A stretch of 56,189 nt of DNA from a bacterium (GTDB lineage Bacteria; Desulfobacterota; DSWW01). Positions 9,071 through 18,248 of this stretch are shown here, piece by piece. Within the stretch, counting starts at the first letter, position 1. Each line of letters begins with the position of its first letter. The translations under genes and the position numbers were made by a program. Location: NCBI GenBank assembly GCA_040756235.1, contig JBFLZG010000152.1, positions 1-56,189 of the forward strand, read 5' to 3'. Under the pieces are notes generated by a model. The model was not told where the DNA came from and ran no database searches. It was given only the letters and a program-made list of their open reading frames with translations.

Positions 9071-9295
9071 ATGAAACAATTCAAGATCGTCGTTGAAAAG
9101 CATCCGGATACATACGTGGCCTACCCTCTGGGTCTGAAAGGGGTTGTGGTCGGCCAGGGAGAGACGTATGAGGAGGCATTGGCCGACGTGAAATCGGCGA
9201 TTCAATTTCACGTTGAGACTTTCGGCGTCGATACCATCGAAACAGCCCCGCCCATACTGGAAGCCTTCATCGCCGAAGCAGGGGTATCCGTCTGA
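9071..9295 (+). CDS. hicB: HicB-family antitoxin (short form)
   Basis: KIVVEKHPDTYVAYPLGLKGVVVGQGETYEEALADVKSAI is a typical HicB-like RNase H fold segment. Confidence 0.8.
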   Translation: MKQFKIVVEKHPDTYVAYPLGLKGVVVGQGETYEEALADVKSAIQFHVETFGVDTIETAPPILEAFIAEAGVSV

Positions 9296-9339
9296 TGTCG
9301 AGATTCCCTGTGGACGCACCCGTCCGGGGAATTCCCTAG
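9295..9339 (+). pseudogene. Truncated HicA-like toxin, 14 codons
   Basis: TGATG overlap with the hicB stop; MSRFPVDAP resembles the N-terminus of HicA partners of this HicB type, then stops where base composition shifts. Confidence 0.5.
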
Positions 9340-9657
9340 TGATATAACGGCCGTCAGAGCCGAGCTTCCACGGCTTCTCCCTCGGCCCCGAATGGCTGAG
9401 AAGCCAGTCAACTCCAAGCCCTGCAAGTTCACGCTTTATCGACCTCCCCAAGATGGCAATCTCAGGAGAGAAGGGGTGCATTGACAACGCCGTTTCCATT
9501 TCGATAAAAGCCGTCATAGTTCAGCCTGGACCATTCGGGCTGTCGTTGAAACCGAATAGCTCCCAAACCAAGACTCGGTTGGCCCTTGCACAACCGGACG
9601 GAATTTCGGCATGGCAATGATTCAACCGCGTCTCTCAGGCCACGTGCGCCCAGACAC

Positions 9658-9828
9658 ATGTCAAAACCGAAATTGTTCATAGGTTCGTCGAGAGAGGGGA
9701 CTGAGATCACCAATGCGATCGAACTGTACCTGATCCATGCTTACGAAACGACTGTGTGGGATAGGGGGGGCTGTTCCGCTCTCAAAATTAAGTTCGCAGG
9801 CGCAAACGAGAAGGCCTCGCTGGGGTAG
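9658..9828 (+). pseudogene. N-terminal remnant of a TIR-like nucleotide-binding domain (CAP12/Pycsar-effector type)
   Basis: MSKPKLFIGSSREGTEITNAIELYL...ETTVWDRG matches the KPxxFIGSSxE...VW start of this family; similarity is lost after a G-run near 9763-9770. Confidence 0.55.
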
Positions 9829-10033
9829 ATTCTCAGTAGAACAGCATGAGCATGTTCAATTTATTGAGGCGCAGAGACGCTTGAAAGCAGCGAGCAATGC
9901 CGGCGAGCCGATAAAGCTTCTATTCCGGCGGCCCTGGGGTTCTCAAGGAAGTCTTCAGAGGATGACGCAAACAGGACAGGAGCAAACTGAACTTGATGGG
10001 TCTGAGTCATTCGCGTACTTGTCCAAACAATGA

Positions 10034-10885
10034 GTGAAGATGATACATATGAAACAGTTAATAGGGTCACGAAAACGGTGGTGGCGTGGAACTTATCCAG
10101 GGAACATCTATCGCTTTCACGACGGAGAAATTGTATGTGACGACGCACTAGCTTTTCTGGATAGACTACGACCAGCGACAGCAGACATTGTCTTTCTTGA
10201 CCCACCCTTCAACCTAGGAAAGAAATATGGCACACGACGAAAGGTTGATGACAGGGTATCGGAGACTCTCTACTTCTATTACATGACTCAGATCATTTTG
10301 AGTAGTGTCCAGGTGCTAAAACAAGGTGGAGCACTCTATTTGTACCACGTGCCCAAGTGGGCAACCCGATTCGCGCCACTCCTAAACGAATCTCTGGATT
10401 TTCGCCACTGGATCGCGCTATCTATGAAGAACGGTTTTCGTGGAAAGGACCGGCTTACCCCTGCTCATTATGCCCTCCTATATTACACGAAGGGAAGACC
10501 GGGTAGCTTTAAGAGGCCAAAGATACAAGTTGCGCAATGCAGGCATTGTAACAAACCTGTTAAGGACTACGGCGGCTATCAGAGGTACATCAAAGATGGA
10601 GTGAATCTCAGTGATTTTTGGGAAGATCTAAGTCCTGTGCGCCACAGGAGCCGTAAACATCGGACTGGAAATGAACTTCCGATGCTATTAACCTCTCGCA
10701 TAGTCTCTATCAGTGGGAGGAGAGGTGGGCTTCTGGTGGACCCCTTTGCAGGCACAGGGACCTCGCTGATAGCCGCTAGATCTGCAGGGATGCAATTCAT
10801 CGCATGTGACAAAGAATCCCAATATCTTTCCATAATGATCGATAGGTTACAGGGTACCCCAATTCCCAAGGCATTGGATGAATAA
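10034..10885 (+). CDS. DNA adenine-N6 / cytosine-N4 methyltransferase, beta class
   Basis: Catalytic VFLDPPFN precedes SAM-binding LVDPFAGTGTS; true start could be 10040 or 10049. Confidence 0.9.
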   Translation: MKMIHMKQLIGSRKRWWRGTYPGNIYRFHDGEIVCDDALAFLDRLRPATADIVFLDPPFNLGKKYGTRRKVDDRVSETLYFYYMTQIILSSVQVLKQGGALYLYHVPKWATRFAPLLNESLDFRHWIALSMKNGFRGKDRLTPAHYALLYYTKGRPGSFKRPKIQVAQCRHCNKPVKDYGGYQRYIKDGVNLSDFWEDLSPVRHRSRKHRTGNELPMLLTSRIVSISGRRGGLLVDPFAGTGTSLIAARSAGMQFIACDKESQYLSIMIDRLQGTPIPKALDE

Positions 10886-12257
10886 AATGTCAAATGAATT
10901 AGCTAATGCTTATCCTAAGAAGGCGTTTTTTATTCAGATGTTCACGAGAGACATAAAGCTCGTGGACTGCATTCTCGATCTTATCGATAATTCCATAGAT
11001 GGGCTGATCCGGGTCAGGAAAGTCCCGCTCAGCACGATCTCCGGCAGCATTTTCAAACGCTCGTCAGGCGATAAGAAGAGAGAAGGCGACCTGCCCGCTA
11101 TAGACCTGGAATTTGATGAGACTCGCTTCGAAATCCGCGACAACTGCGGCGGCATCGATTATGATTTCGCGACCAAAGATGCTTTCAACTTCGGTCCTTC
11201 ATCGAGGCAGTCGAAGAAATATCGTTATCTCGGTGCCTATGGTGTTGGGATGAAGAGGGCGCTGTTCAAATTGGGTGACCACTTTGAGATTCAATCTGCG
11301 ACAACGGAAAACGGATTCAGAGTTGAGCTTGATGTAGCTGAGTGGATCGCAAGAGATGATACGCTTGAAGACTGGAAGATACCGATCAAGAAAACTAATC
11401 CCGCGAAGGCGGCGAGTAGAGCAGGCACAAGTATTTCGATAACTCGCCTGCACAAAGAAGTCGGAATGAGATTTGGAGATACGACCCTTCACAATGATCT
11501 TGAAAAAGCTGTGTCTAGAACCTACGCATTCTTCCTGGATAAGTACGTTCGTGTTCGGATCAACGGTGTTCCGGTGAAACCGTTTTCTTTGCCTGTTGGA
11601 CGTCCGGCAGGTGGCAAAGCTTCCTTCGAGAAGCTCAATCTCGATGGCGTTCGGGTAACCATCATCTCAACATTAGCAAGCTATGCGGATAACGAGAGAC
11701 CCAAGAGGGAGAATTCTGGATGGTATATAGTGTGTAACGGCAGGACAGTGTTAGGGGCTGATACGTCCGATGTCTCTGGATGGGGTGTTCCGCCTATGCC
11801 ACAGTGGGTCTCTAAATATACATCATTTGTTGGATTCGTGTTTTTCGAATCGGAGGATCCGCTTCTGTTGCCTTGGACCACCACCAAGAGGAATCTTAAT
11901 GAAGAATCAATGATTTACCAAAGGGTGAAGAACAGGATGGCTGTGTCTGCCAGACCAGTTTTGAGTTTCCTCAGTAGGAAGTACCCTTCGGATTCTGACG
12001 AAAAGCCCTATGAAAGGGAAGTGGCGAAACATGTGGAGAGAGCGAGCATATCTACCATATCGCGTCCAGGACCTTCGACGTTTACGATTCCACCTGTAAG
12101 GGTCAGGTCTGCAAAGACGACTATTAGCGTGCAGTACGATGCTGAGAGGGCTGATGTAGAGAAGATAAAGAAAGCCCTGAGGAATCCGAGGATGACTGCA
12201 CGAGAAATAGGTGAGTACACTTTTCAATATTTCTTACGGAACGAGGGGCTCAGATGA
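10878..12257 (+). CDS. GHKL (MORC/HATPase_c_3-like) ATPase
   Basis: N box DLIDNSIDG, G1 IRDNCGGI, G2 LGAYGVGMKRA, G3 GTSISIT; S5-like region GWYIVCNGRTV...LPWTTTKR. Overlaps the upstream gene. Confidence 0.85.
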   Translation: MNKMSNELANAYPKKAFFIQMFTRDIKLVDCILDLIDNSIDGLIRVRKVPLSTISGSIFKRSSGDKKREGDLPAIDLEFDETRFEIRDNCGGIDYDFATKDAFNFGPSSRQSKKYRYLGAYGVGMKRALFKLGDHFEIQSATTENGFRVELDVAEWIARDDTLEDWKIPIKKTNPAKAASRAGTSISITRLHKEVGMRFGDTTLHNDLEKAVSRTYAFFLDKYVRVRINGVPVKPFSLPVGRPAGGKASFEKLNLDGVRVTIISTLASYADNERPKRENSGWYIVCNGRTVLGADTSDVSGWGVPPMPQWVSKYTSFVGFVFFESEDPLLLPWTTTKRNLNEESMIYQRVKNRMAVSARPVLSFLSRKYPSDSDEKPYEREVAKHVERASISTISRPGPSTFTIPPVRVRSAKTTISVQYDAERADVEKIKKALRNPRMTAREIGEYTFQYFLRNEGLR

Positions 12258-13213
12258 GCGTCGAGAAGAGAAGTATTGACAAGGTACATTTCGAATTTCG
12301 ACCTGCGAAGCAGGTCGAGCGTAGGATGCTGCTTGAGGTATTTCAAAATCTAATGATGCACAATTACGCTATTTCACGGTATAAGTATACTGGAATGGGC
12401 TCCAAATTTTTCATAGATTATATTCTCTTCCACAGATATTTAGGTATTACGAGGATGCTTAGCGTTGAGATATCAGAGAAAGATGCAAAGAGAGTATCTT
12501 TCAACAAGCCTTACGGCTTCATCGATGTCGAGATCGGCGATATTCGTGACTTCATTCCCAGACTATCTCCAGACCTGTCGCACATTTTGTGGCTAGATTA
12601 TGATGGGATCATAACTAGGGAAATCATCGACACAGTCATTCTGGCTTCGAGCCAACTGTCTGCCAGGTCGATACTCCTTGTAACTGTTGATGTGGAGCCA
12701 CCGGGATTACCAGGGGAAGGACGACGAAAGTACGGGCCAGCCAGCTGGAGGCGGTATTTCATGGAGGAAGCGGAGGACTATCTTCCTCGGAGCACCCGTG
12801 TGACTGATTTTGCGAAGGAAAGATTATCAGATATCAACGGGTCTATAGTAGATTCTGCAATAAGAAGGGGCCTCAGGGGTCGGGATGCGCTTTTCATACC
12901 CATGTTCAACTTTCAGTATGCTGATGGACATGCGATGTTATCTGTTGGAGGGATGATCGGGACTGATAGCGATAGAGTGCAGCTGGAGACCCTGGATAGG
13001 GAAAGATTGTTCTATTTGAGAAGGAGCATAACATGCGACCCATATAGGATTACCGTTCCTATAATAACACGGAGAGAAAGATTGTACCTGGACAGAGAAA
13101 TGCCTTGTAAAGATAATTGGTGTCCAAGAGACTTCGAGATGGAAAGAGCGGATATCCTTATGTATCGAGAAATTTACAAATACTATCCGGCTTATACGGA
13201 GATGCTGCTCTAA
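12254..13213 (+). CDS. Putative Rossmann-fold O-methyltransferase-like protein (resembles Pfam Methyltransf_35)
   Basis: RPAKQVERRM N-terminus, YTGMGSKFFIDY, MLSVE and ILWLDYDG motifs; ATGA overlap with the ATPase stop. Confidence 0.7.
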   Translation: MSVEKRSIDKVHFEFRPAKQVERRMLLEVFQNLMMHNYAISRYKYTGMGSKFFIDYILFHRYLGITRMLSVEISEKDAKRVSFNKPYGFIDVEIGDIRDFIPRLSPDLSHILWLDYDGIITREIIDTVILASSQLSARSILLVTVDVEPPGLPGEGRRKYGPASWRRYFMEEAEDYLPRSTRVTDFAKERLSDINGSIVDSAIRRGLRGRDALFIPMFNFQYADGHAMLSVGGMIGTDSDRVQLETLDRERLFYLRRSITCDPYRITVPIITRRERLYLDREMPCKDNWCPRDFEMERADILMYREIYKYYPAYTEMLL

Positions 13214-13669
13214 CATAGCTTTGATCGAAATTCGTCCTTGGGTGCACTGAAGAGGGGCACGAGGATGAACCCGCAGTCGGAAAGCCGGGGGGGGTCTCAG
13301 TACATTGGCGCGAAGCTCGAGCGAATCCGCGGCTTGCGCGAGCTGCGAGAGCCATACGAGTTCCACGGTGTTAGCACTGGACCAGCACAAGGGGTGGGGC
13401 GTTCGGTTTCGCAGGGCCGCGAAGAGGTGTGCTTCACGAGCGGGAAGGAGCATTGTTCGTGTAAGCATGTCACGCGCGGGAACGCCAAACGACGATTACA
13501 CTGTGACCTTCAAACATTATATCGCCACCGGCGATCTATCAAATGATCCTGACCTTGGAGGGCCCGGGACTCGTGAAGCGGGTTCCTGAGCAAGCGCGGG
13601 GAAATACGGGCTTTGGTGATAAAGAGGAGCAGCCCGACCTGGAGTAGTGATGAGGCATCCAAGCCGACG

Positions 13670-13782
13670 GGCTGGATAAGACGCCCGCAGGAGCAACATC
13701 CAAGATAGGAGAGGGGAAGGGCGAAGACATACCAGGTAAGGCAAGTCCTTCTCGCCATCGACAGGTTGGAGTTGGAGCATGA
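13670..13782 (+). pseudogene. Degraded HicA-like toxin, C-terminal remnant
   Basis: Across frames reads KTP..NIQDRRG / AKTYQVRQVLLAIDRLELEH, the typical C-terminus of toxins paired with this HicB type; no intact ORF. Confidence 0.55.
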
Positions 13783-14108
13783 CCCTGAAGAATGATCGAT
13801 ATACATACCGAGTGACGTGGTCCGAAGAAGACCAAGAATATGTAGGGCTGGCTGCTGAGTTTCCCAGCCTGAGCTGGATGGCCAGAACTCCTGAGGGGGC
13901 CCTTCGAGGTATACGGAGGGTGGTGGCGGAGGCGGTACGAGACATGCAGGAGACGGGGGAGAATACGCCCGAGCCGCTCGCGTGCAAGGCTTTCAGCGGG
14001 AAATTCATGGTGCGCGTCCCGCCTGAAGTTCACCGAAGCCTCGCCATCCAGGCGGTAGAGTCAGGCGTCAGCCTGAACCGCATCGCAAGCACAAAACTCA
14101 GCAAGTAG
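13779..14108 (+). CDS. hicB: HicB-family antitoxin with RHH C-terminus
   Basis: YTYRVTWSEEDQEYVGLAAEFPSLSW...FSGKFMVRVPPEVHRSLAIQA...VSLN. Confidence 0.85.
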   Translation: MTLKNDRYTYRVTWSEEDQEYVGLAAEFPSLSWMARTPEGALRGIRRVVAEAVRDMQETGENTPEPLACKAFSGKFMVRVPPEVHRSLAIQAVESGVSLNRIASTKLSK

Positions 14109-14165
14109 TCTGTGCGTCGAGAGGAGGCCGCGTCGAGGTGATCCAACCCCCCAAAGGAGGTCGCC

Positions 14166-15014
14166 ATGCGAGACAACTTTTCACTCAGAGGGTCGGTATC
14201 GGTCTGGATCGGTGCTCTGGTCGGGACGTTTTGTTTTGCATTCGCTGCCTTCGCACAGGAGAAGGCCAGTCTCTGGCCGGTCGTCCAGCAGTTGCAGTCC
14301 AAGCAGTTCGTCGACCTGACGCACGCCTTCTACCCGGGCATCCCGCATTGGCCGGGCTTCGACAGTGAGGAGAGGACGACCACCTATCATTACGACGAGG
14401 GTATCGGCAAGAAGGGGTTCGGCTTCCTGGCCCACGAGTACAAGATCCCGGGTCAGTGGGGCACACATGTCGATCCCCCGGCCCATTTCATCAAGGGAAA
14501 GCGGTTCCTGGATGAGGTTGCGGTCAAGGAGATGCTGCTGCCTCTCGTGGTGCTCGACGTGAGCGGCAAGGTCAAGAGCAATCCCGACTACCAGGTCACG
14601 ATGGAAGACGTCCGGGCATGGGAGGCGAAGCATGGCAAGATTCCGGCCGGCTCCTTTGTCGCGCTGCGCAGCGACTGGTCGAAGAGATGGCCGGACCCGG
14701 ACAAGATGCGGAATGCCGACGGCAAGGGGGTCGCGCATTATCCCGGGTGGAGCAAGGAGGTGTTGACGTACCTGTACGAGGGACAGGGGATCACCGCGTC
14801 CGGGCACGAGACCACCGACACGGATCCGGGGGTCGCGACCAGCAAGGGCGACTACTCGCTCGAAACTTACATCCTGTCGCAGGACAAGTATCAAATCGAG
14901 CTATTGGCCAACCTCGACCAGGTCCCGGAGTATGGCGCCATCGCGGTCGTGGCCTTTCCGAAACCGAAGAAGGGCTCCGGATTCCCGGCGCGCGTGTTTG
15001 CCATTCTTCCCTGA
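14166..15014 (+). CDS. Cyclase family (kynurenine formamidase-like) metal-dependent hydrolase with signal peptide
   Basis: VDLTH, QWGTHVDPPAHF, ELLANLDQVP and GSGFPARVFAI motifs; hydrophobic leader ending AFA-Q. Confidence 0.85.
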   Translation: MRDNFSLRGSVSVWIGALVGTFCFAFAAFAQEKASLWPVVQQLQSKQFVDLTHAFYPGIPHWPGFDSEERTTTYHYDEGIGKKGFGFLAHEYKIPGQWGTHVDPPAHFIKGKRFLDEVAVKEMLLPLVVLDVSGKVKSNPDYQVTMEDVRAWEAKHGKIPAGSFVALRSDWSKRWPDPDKMRNADGKGVAHYPGWSKEVLTYLYEGQGITASGHETTDTDPGVATSKGDYSLETYILSQDKYQIELLANLDQVPEYGAIAVVAFPKPKKGSGFPARVFAILP

Positions 15015-15055
15015 TCGGGAGCAGCTGTCTGCGATCGGACCCGGGGGCCGCAAAG

Positions 15056-16210
15056 ATGAAGCTGGAACCCGAGCAGGAAAGCATGCTGCGCGGAGAGCAG
15101 GGTGAGCCTTTGGCCCTGGCCATGAAGAGCCTGGTGGACTACGGTCGGGCGTTCGACGCTGCACGCCTGGTCCCGATCCGGAGCGGCCACCTGGCCGGGA
15201 GCTTCGGGATGTTCAACCTGCGCGCCTATCACGCGGTGCTCGAGCGGATCGCCGCTTCCGGCCTCAAGCTCAAGGTCAAGACCACCTGCAATCCCCGGCC
15301 CGGGCGGGAGTCGAGCCTCCCCAACCGCTTCATCTTCCGGGCCCAGCGCGCGCTCGAAGCCAGGCTCGCCGCGATCGGCGTCACCGGCAACTACTCCTGT
15401 GTCTGCTACGACTCCGCGAACGTTCCCGCGCCGGGGGACCGCCTGGCCTGGGCCGAGTCGTCCGCGGTGCAGTTCGCCAACTCCGTGCTCGGGGCCCGCA
15501 CCAACCGCAACTCCGTGCTCATGGACCTGTGCTCCGCCCTGACCGGCTTCACCCCGGAGTTCGGCTATCTCCTGGACCGGAATCGCCGGGGAAAGGCTCT
15601 CGTCCGACTCGAGGCGGACCGCATCGACGCCGCTGCCCTCGGATTCATCCTGGGCCGAAGGGCCGTGAACCAGGTGCCGGTGATCGAGCACCATCCGTTC
15701 TCCCGGGTCGAGCTCAAGAACATGGGCGGCGCCATGGCTGCTTCCGGCGCCGTCGCCCTGTTCCACGTCGAGGGGCTCACCCCGGAGGCGCCGGACCTCA
15801 AGTCGGCCTTTGACGGGCAGCCCGAGCGAACCATCACCATCACGCAGCAGGACCTCGACGGACTTCGTACCGGGCGGCCGGAGCGCGCTTCCATGGTCGT
15901 CTTCGGTTGCCCTCAGATGACCTTCGAGGAGGCCGACGAGATCGGCGCCCTCTACGCCGGAAAGAAGGTCAAGGTCCCGACCTGGTTCTGCATGGTTCCC
16001 GAGGCCAGGAAGCGTTTCGAGCAAACCGAGCTGGGCGGCAGGGTCCGCGCCGCCGGAGTCGAGATCCAGGAGGTCTGCCCCCTGGCCGCGCTCACGGTGA
16101 GGGTCGGCAAGAAGCACGTCCTCACGTCCTCGGGCAAGCTCTTCTACTACCTGCACGGCGCGGATTACGGCACGGTCGAGGACTGCCTCAAGGGAAGCGG
16201 GGTGCTTTGA
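15056..16210 (+). CDS. Aconitase X catalytic (large) subunit, DUF521
   Basis: YSCVCY, LAWAESSAVQFANSVLGARTN, LFHVEGLTPEA, FGCPQ, CPL and TSSGK motifs. Confidence 0.85.
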   Translation: MKLEPEQESMLRGEQGEPLALAMKSLVDYGRAFDAARLVPIRSGHLAGSFGMFNLRAYHAVLERIAASGLKLKVKTTCNPRPGRESSLPNRFIFRAQRALEARLAAIGVTGNYSCVCYDSANVPAPGDRLAWAESSAVQFANSVLGARTNRNSVLMDLCSALTGFTPEFGYLLDRNRRGKALVRLEADRIDAAALGFILGRRAVNQVPVIEHHPFSRVELKNMGGAMAASGAVALFHVEGLTPEAPDLKSAFDGQPERTITITQQDLDGLRTGRPERASMVVFGCPQMTFEEADEIGALYAGKKVKVPTWFCMVPEARKRFEQTELGGRVRAAGVEIQEVCPLAALTVRVGKKHVLTSSGKLFYYLHGADYGTVEDCLKGSGVL

Positions 16211-16653
16211 TGGAAAAGATGCAAGGCCGCTCCGTGGTCGGCGGCAGGGCCAGGGGCGAGGCCCTGGTGACCCGCAAGCCGCTCAACTTCACCGCCTCCT
16301 TTTCTCAACCCGGCAACATCTTCCCGAAGCGCCGCGGCGTGATCCTGGACCGCCACCACGAGCTGTTCCGGCAGGACGTGAAGGGCCGCGTCCTGGTCTT
16401 CCCGGCCTGCATCGGCTCGACCTTCACCGGCATGATCCTCCTCCAGGTGATCGAGGACGGGGCCGCTCCTGCTGCCATGGTGGTCAAGGACGCCGACTCT
16501 CTCCTTGTCTCCGGCCCGATCCTCGGCCGCGCCTGGTTCGGTCATTCGTTCCCGGTCGTCGAGTACAAGGGCGACGATCTATTCGACCGGATCAGGACCG
16601 GGGACCGGGTGGAAGTGGACGGCGAGAGCGGGGAGATCACGCTCGGGGCATGA
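16210..16653 (+). CDS. Aconitase X swivel (small) subunit, DUF126
   Basis: GRARGEALV, HELFRQDVKGRVLVFPACIGST and IRTGDRVEVDG motifs; TGATG overlap. Confidence 0.85.
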   Translation: MEKMQGRSVVGGRARGEALVTRKPLNFTASFSQPGNIFPKRRGVILDRHHELFRQDVKGRVLVFPACIGSTFTGMILLQVIEDGAAPAAMVVKDADSLLVSGPILGRAWFGHSFPVVEYKGDDLFDRIRTGDRVEVDGESGEITLGA

Positions 16654-16701
16654 CCGCTCGAGCGGGATCGGCCGATCCCGCTCGAAAGAGAGGATAGTTA
16701 C

Positions 16702-18225
16702 GTGGACCGCATCCTGATCGGCAAGGGGGAGCAGCTCGTCTACCTGCTCTCCAAGTACGGCAACCGGCACGGCCTGGTCGCCGGCGCAACCGGCACCGGC
16801 AAGACCGTTTCGCTGATGGTGCTGGCGGAGGGCTTTTCGCGTCTGGGCGTGCCGGTGTTCATGGCGGACGTGAAGGGGGACGTCGCCGGGTTGGCTCTGG
16901 CCGGCAGCAGCAGCGACAAGCTTGTGCAGCGGGTCGCCCGGATCGGCATGGAGGGCTACGCGCACGAGGCCAGTCCGGTGCTGTTCTGGGACTTGTACGG
17001 CAGGGCCGGCCATCCCGTGCGTACCACGGTGAGCGAGATCGGCCCGGGCCTGCTCGGTCGGATCCTCGAGCTCAACGACGTCCAGACGGGCACGCTGGAG
17101 ATCGCCTTCAAGCTGGCGGACGACCGGGGCCTGCTGCTGCTCGACCTCGATGATCTGCGCGCCGTCCTCGGGTTCGTCGCGGACAGGCGCAAGGAGATCT
17201 CGACGCAGTATGGCCTCGTCAGCGCCCAGTCGGTGGCGGCCATTCAGCGTGCCCTGCTGACGCTGGAGCGGGAAGGGGGAGAGCTCCTGTTCGGCGAGCC
17301 GGCGCTGGAGCTCGGCGACCTGATGCGCACCGATCTCAGCGGCCGCGGCGTCATCAGCATCCTGGCCGCGGACCAGCTCATCCTGAAACCGCGGCTCTAT
17401 TCGAGCTTCCTGCTGTGGCTGCTCTCGGAGCTGTTCGAGAGCCTTCCCGAGGTGGGCGACCTCGATCAGCCAAGACTCGTATTCTTCTTTGATGAGGCCC
17501 ACCTGCTGTTCGACGACGCTCCCCCGGCGCTGCGCCAGCGCGTGGAGCAGGTCGTGCGGATCATCCGCTCCAAGGGCGTGGGTGTGTACTTCTGCTCGCA
17601 GCTGCCGGACGATGTGCCGCAGGAGATTCTCGCCCAGCTCGGCAATCGCATCCAGCACGCCCTGCGAGCCTACACGCCGCGCGATCAGAAGGCGGTGCGA
17701 ACGGCCGCGGAAACCTTCGTCGCCAACCCCAGGCTCGACGTTGCCGAGGCCATCTCGCAGCTGGGCATCGGCGAGGCCTTGGTGTCCACGCTCCAGGAGA
17801 AAGGCGTACCGATGCCGGTGGAGCGCACCCTGATGTGTCCGCCGCGATGCCGGATGGGGGCGGTCACGCCCGAGGAGCGCGCTGCGGTCAAGGCGCGCAG
17901 CCCGGTGGGCGCAAAATATGACGCCCCCGTGAACCGGGAGTCGGCCTACGAGATCCTGAGCCGGCGGGCGGGCCCGGCGGGCATGGCCGGCCCGGCTGCG
18001 GCCGGCGGGACTGCGCCAGGGCCGAGCCCGACCGGTGCGGGGGAAGCGGAGCAAGCGGCCCAAGGACGCAGTCCGCTTGGCGATCTTCTGTGGGGCACCA
18101 AGAGGCGCCAGGGCATGGTGGAAACCATGGCCAAGCAGGCCGCGCGTACCGTCGGCAGCCAGATCGGCCGGCAGATCCTGCGCGGCGTGCTGGGCGGCAT
18201 CCTCGGCGGCTCGCGCCGCCGCTGA
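16702..18225 (+). CDS. DUF853 / YjgR-family HerA-like ATPase
   Basis: NRHGLVAGATGTGKT Walker A, FFFDEAHLLF Walker B, QLGNRIQHALRAYTP. Confidence 0.9.
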   Translation: MDRILIGKGEQLVYLLSKYGNRHGLVAGATGTGKTVSLMVLAEGFSRLGVPVFMADVKGDVAGLALAGSSSDKLVQRVARIGMEGYAHEASPVLFWDLYGRAGHPVRTTVSEIGPGLLGRILELNDVQTGTLEIAFKLADDRGLLLLDLDDLRAVLGFVADRRKEISTQYGLVSAQSVAAIQRALLTLEREGGELLFGEPALELGDLMRTDLSGRGVISILAADQLILKPRLYSSFLLWLLSELFESLPEVGDLDQPRLVFFFDEAHLLFDDAPPALRQRVEQVVRIIRSKGVGVYFCSQLPDDVPQEILAQLGNRIQHALRAYTPRDQKAVRTAAETFVANPRLDVAEAISQLGIGEALVSTLQEKGVPMPVERTLMCPPRCRMGAVTPEERAAVKARSPVGAKYDAPVNRESAYEILSRRAGPAGMAGPAAAGGTAPGPSPTGAGEAEQAAQGRSPLGDLLWGTKRRQGMVETMAKQAARTVGSQIGRQILRGVLGGILGGSRRR

Positions 18226-18248
18226 TGCGGACGGAAGGGGGAGCCTCC

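Noticed and set aside
13208..13375. Possible integron attC site (CTCTAAC at the stop codon ... GTTAGCA)
   Set aside because: The span is long for attC, the inner boxes are not complementary, and there is no integrase or second site.
13238..13589. Short ORFs after the island operon as a fourth gene
   Set aside because: Overlapping short frames with no motif or clear SD; probably non-coding or decayed.
16702..18225. HerA-like ATPase as a defence component
   Set aside because: It is the widespread DUF853/YjgR type, has host-like composition and lacks a NurA, SIR2 or nuclease partner.
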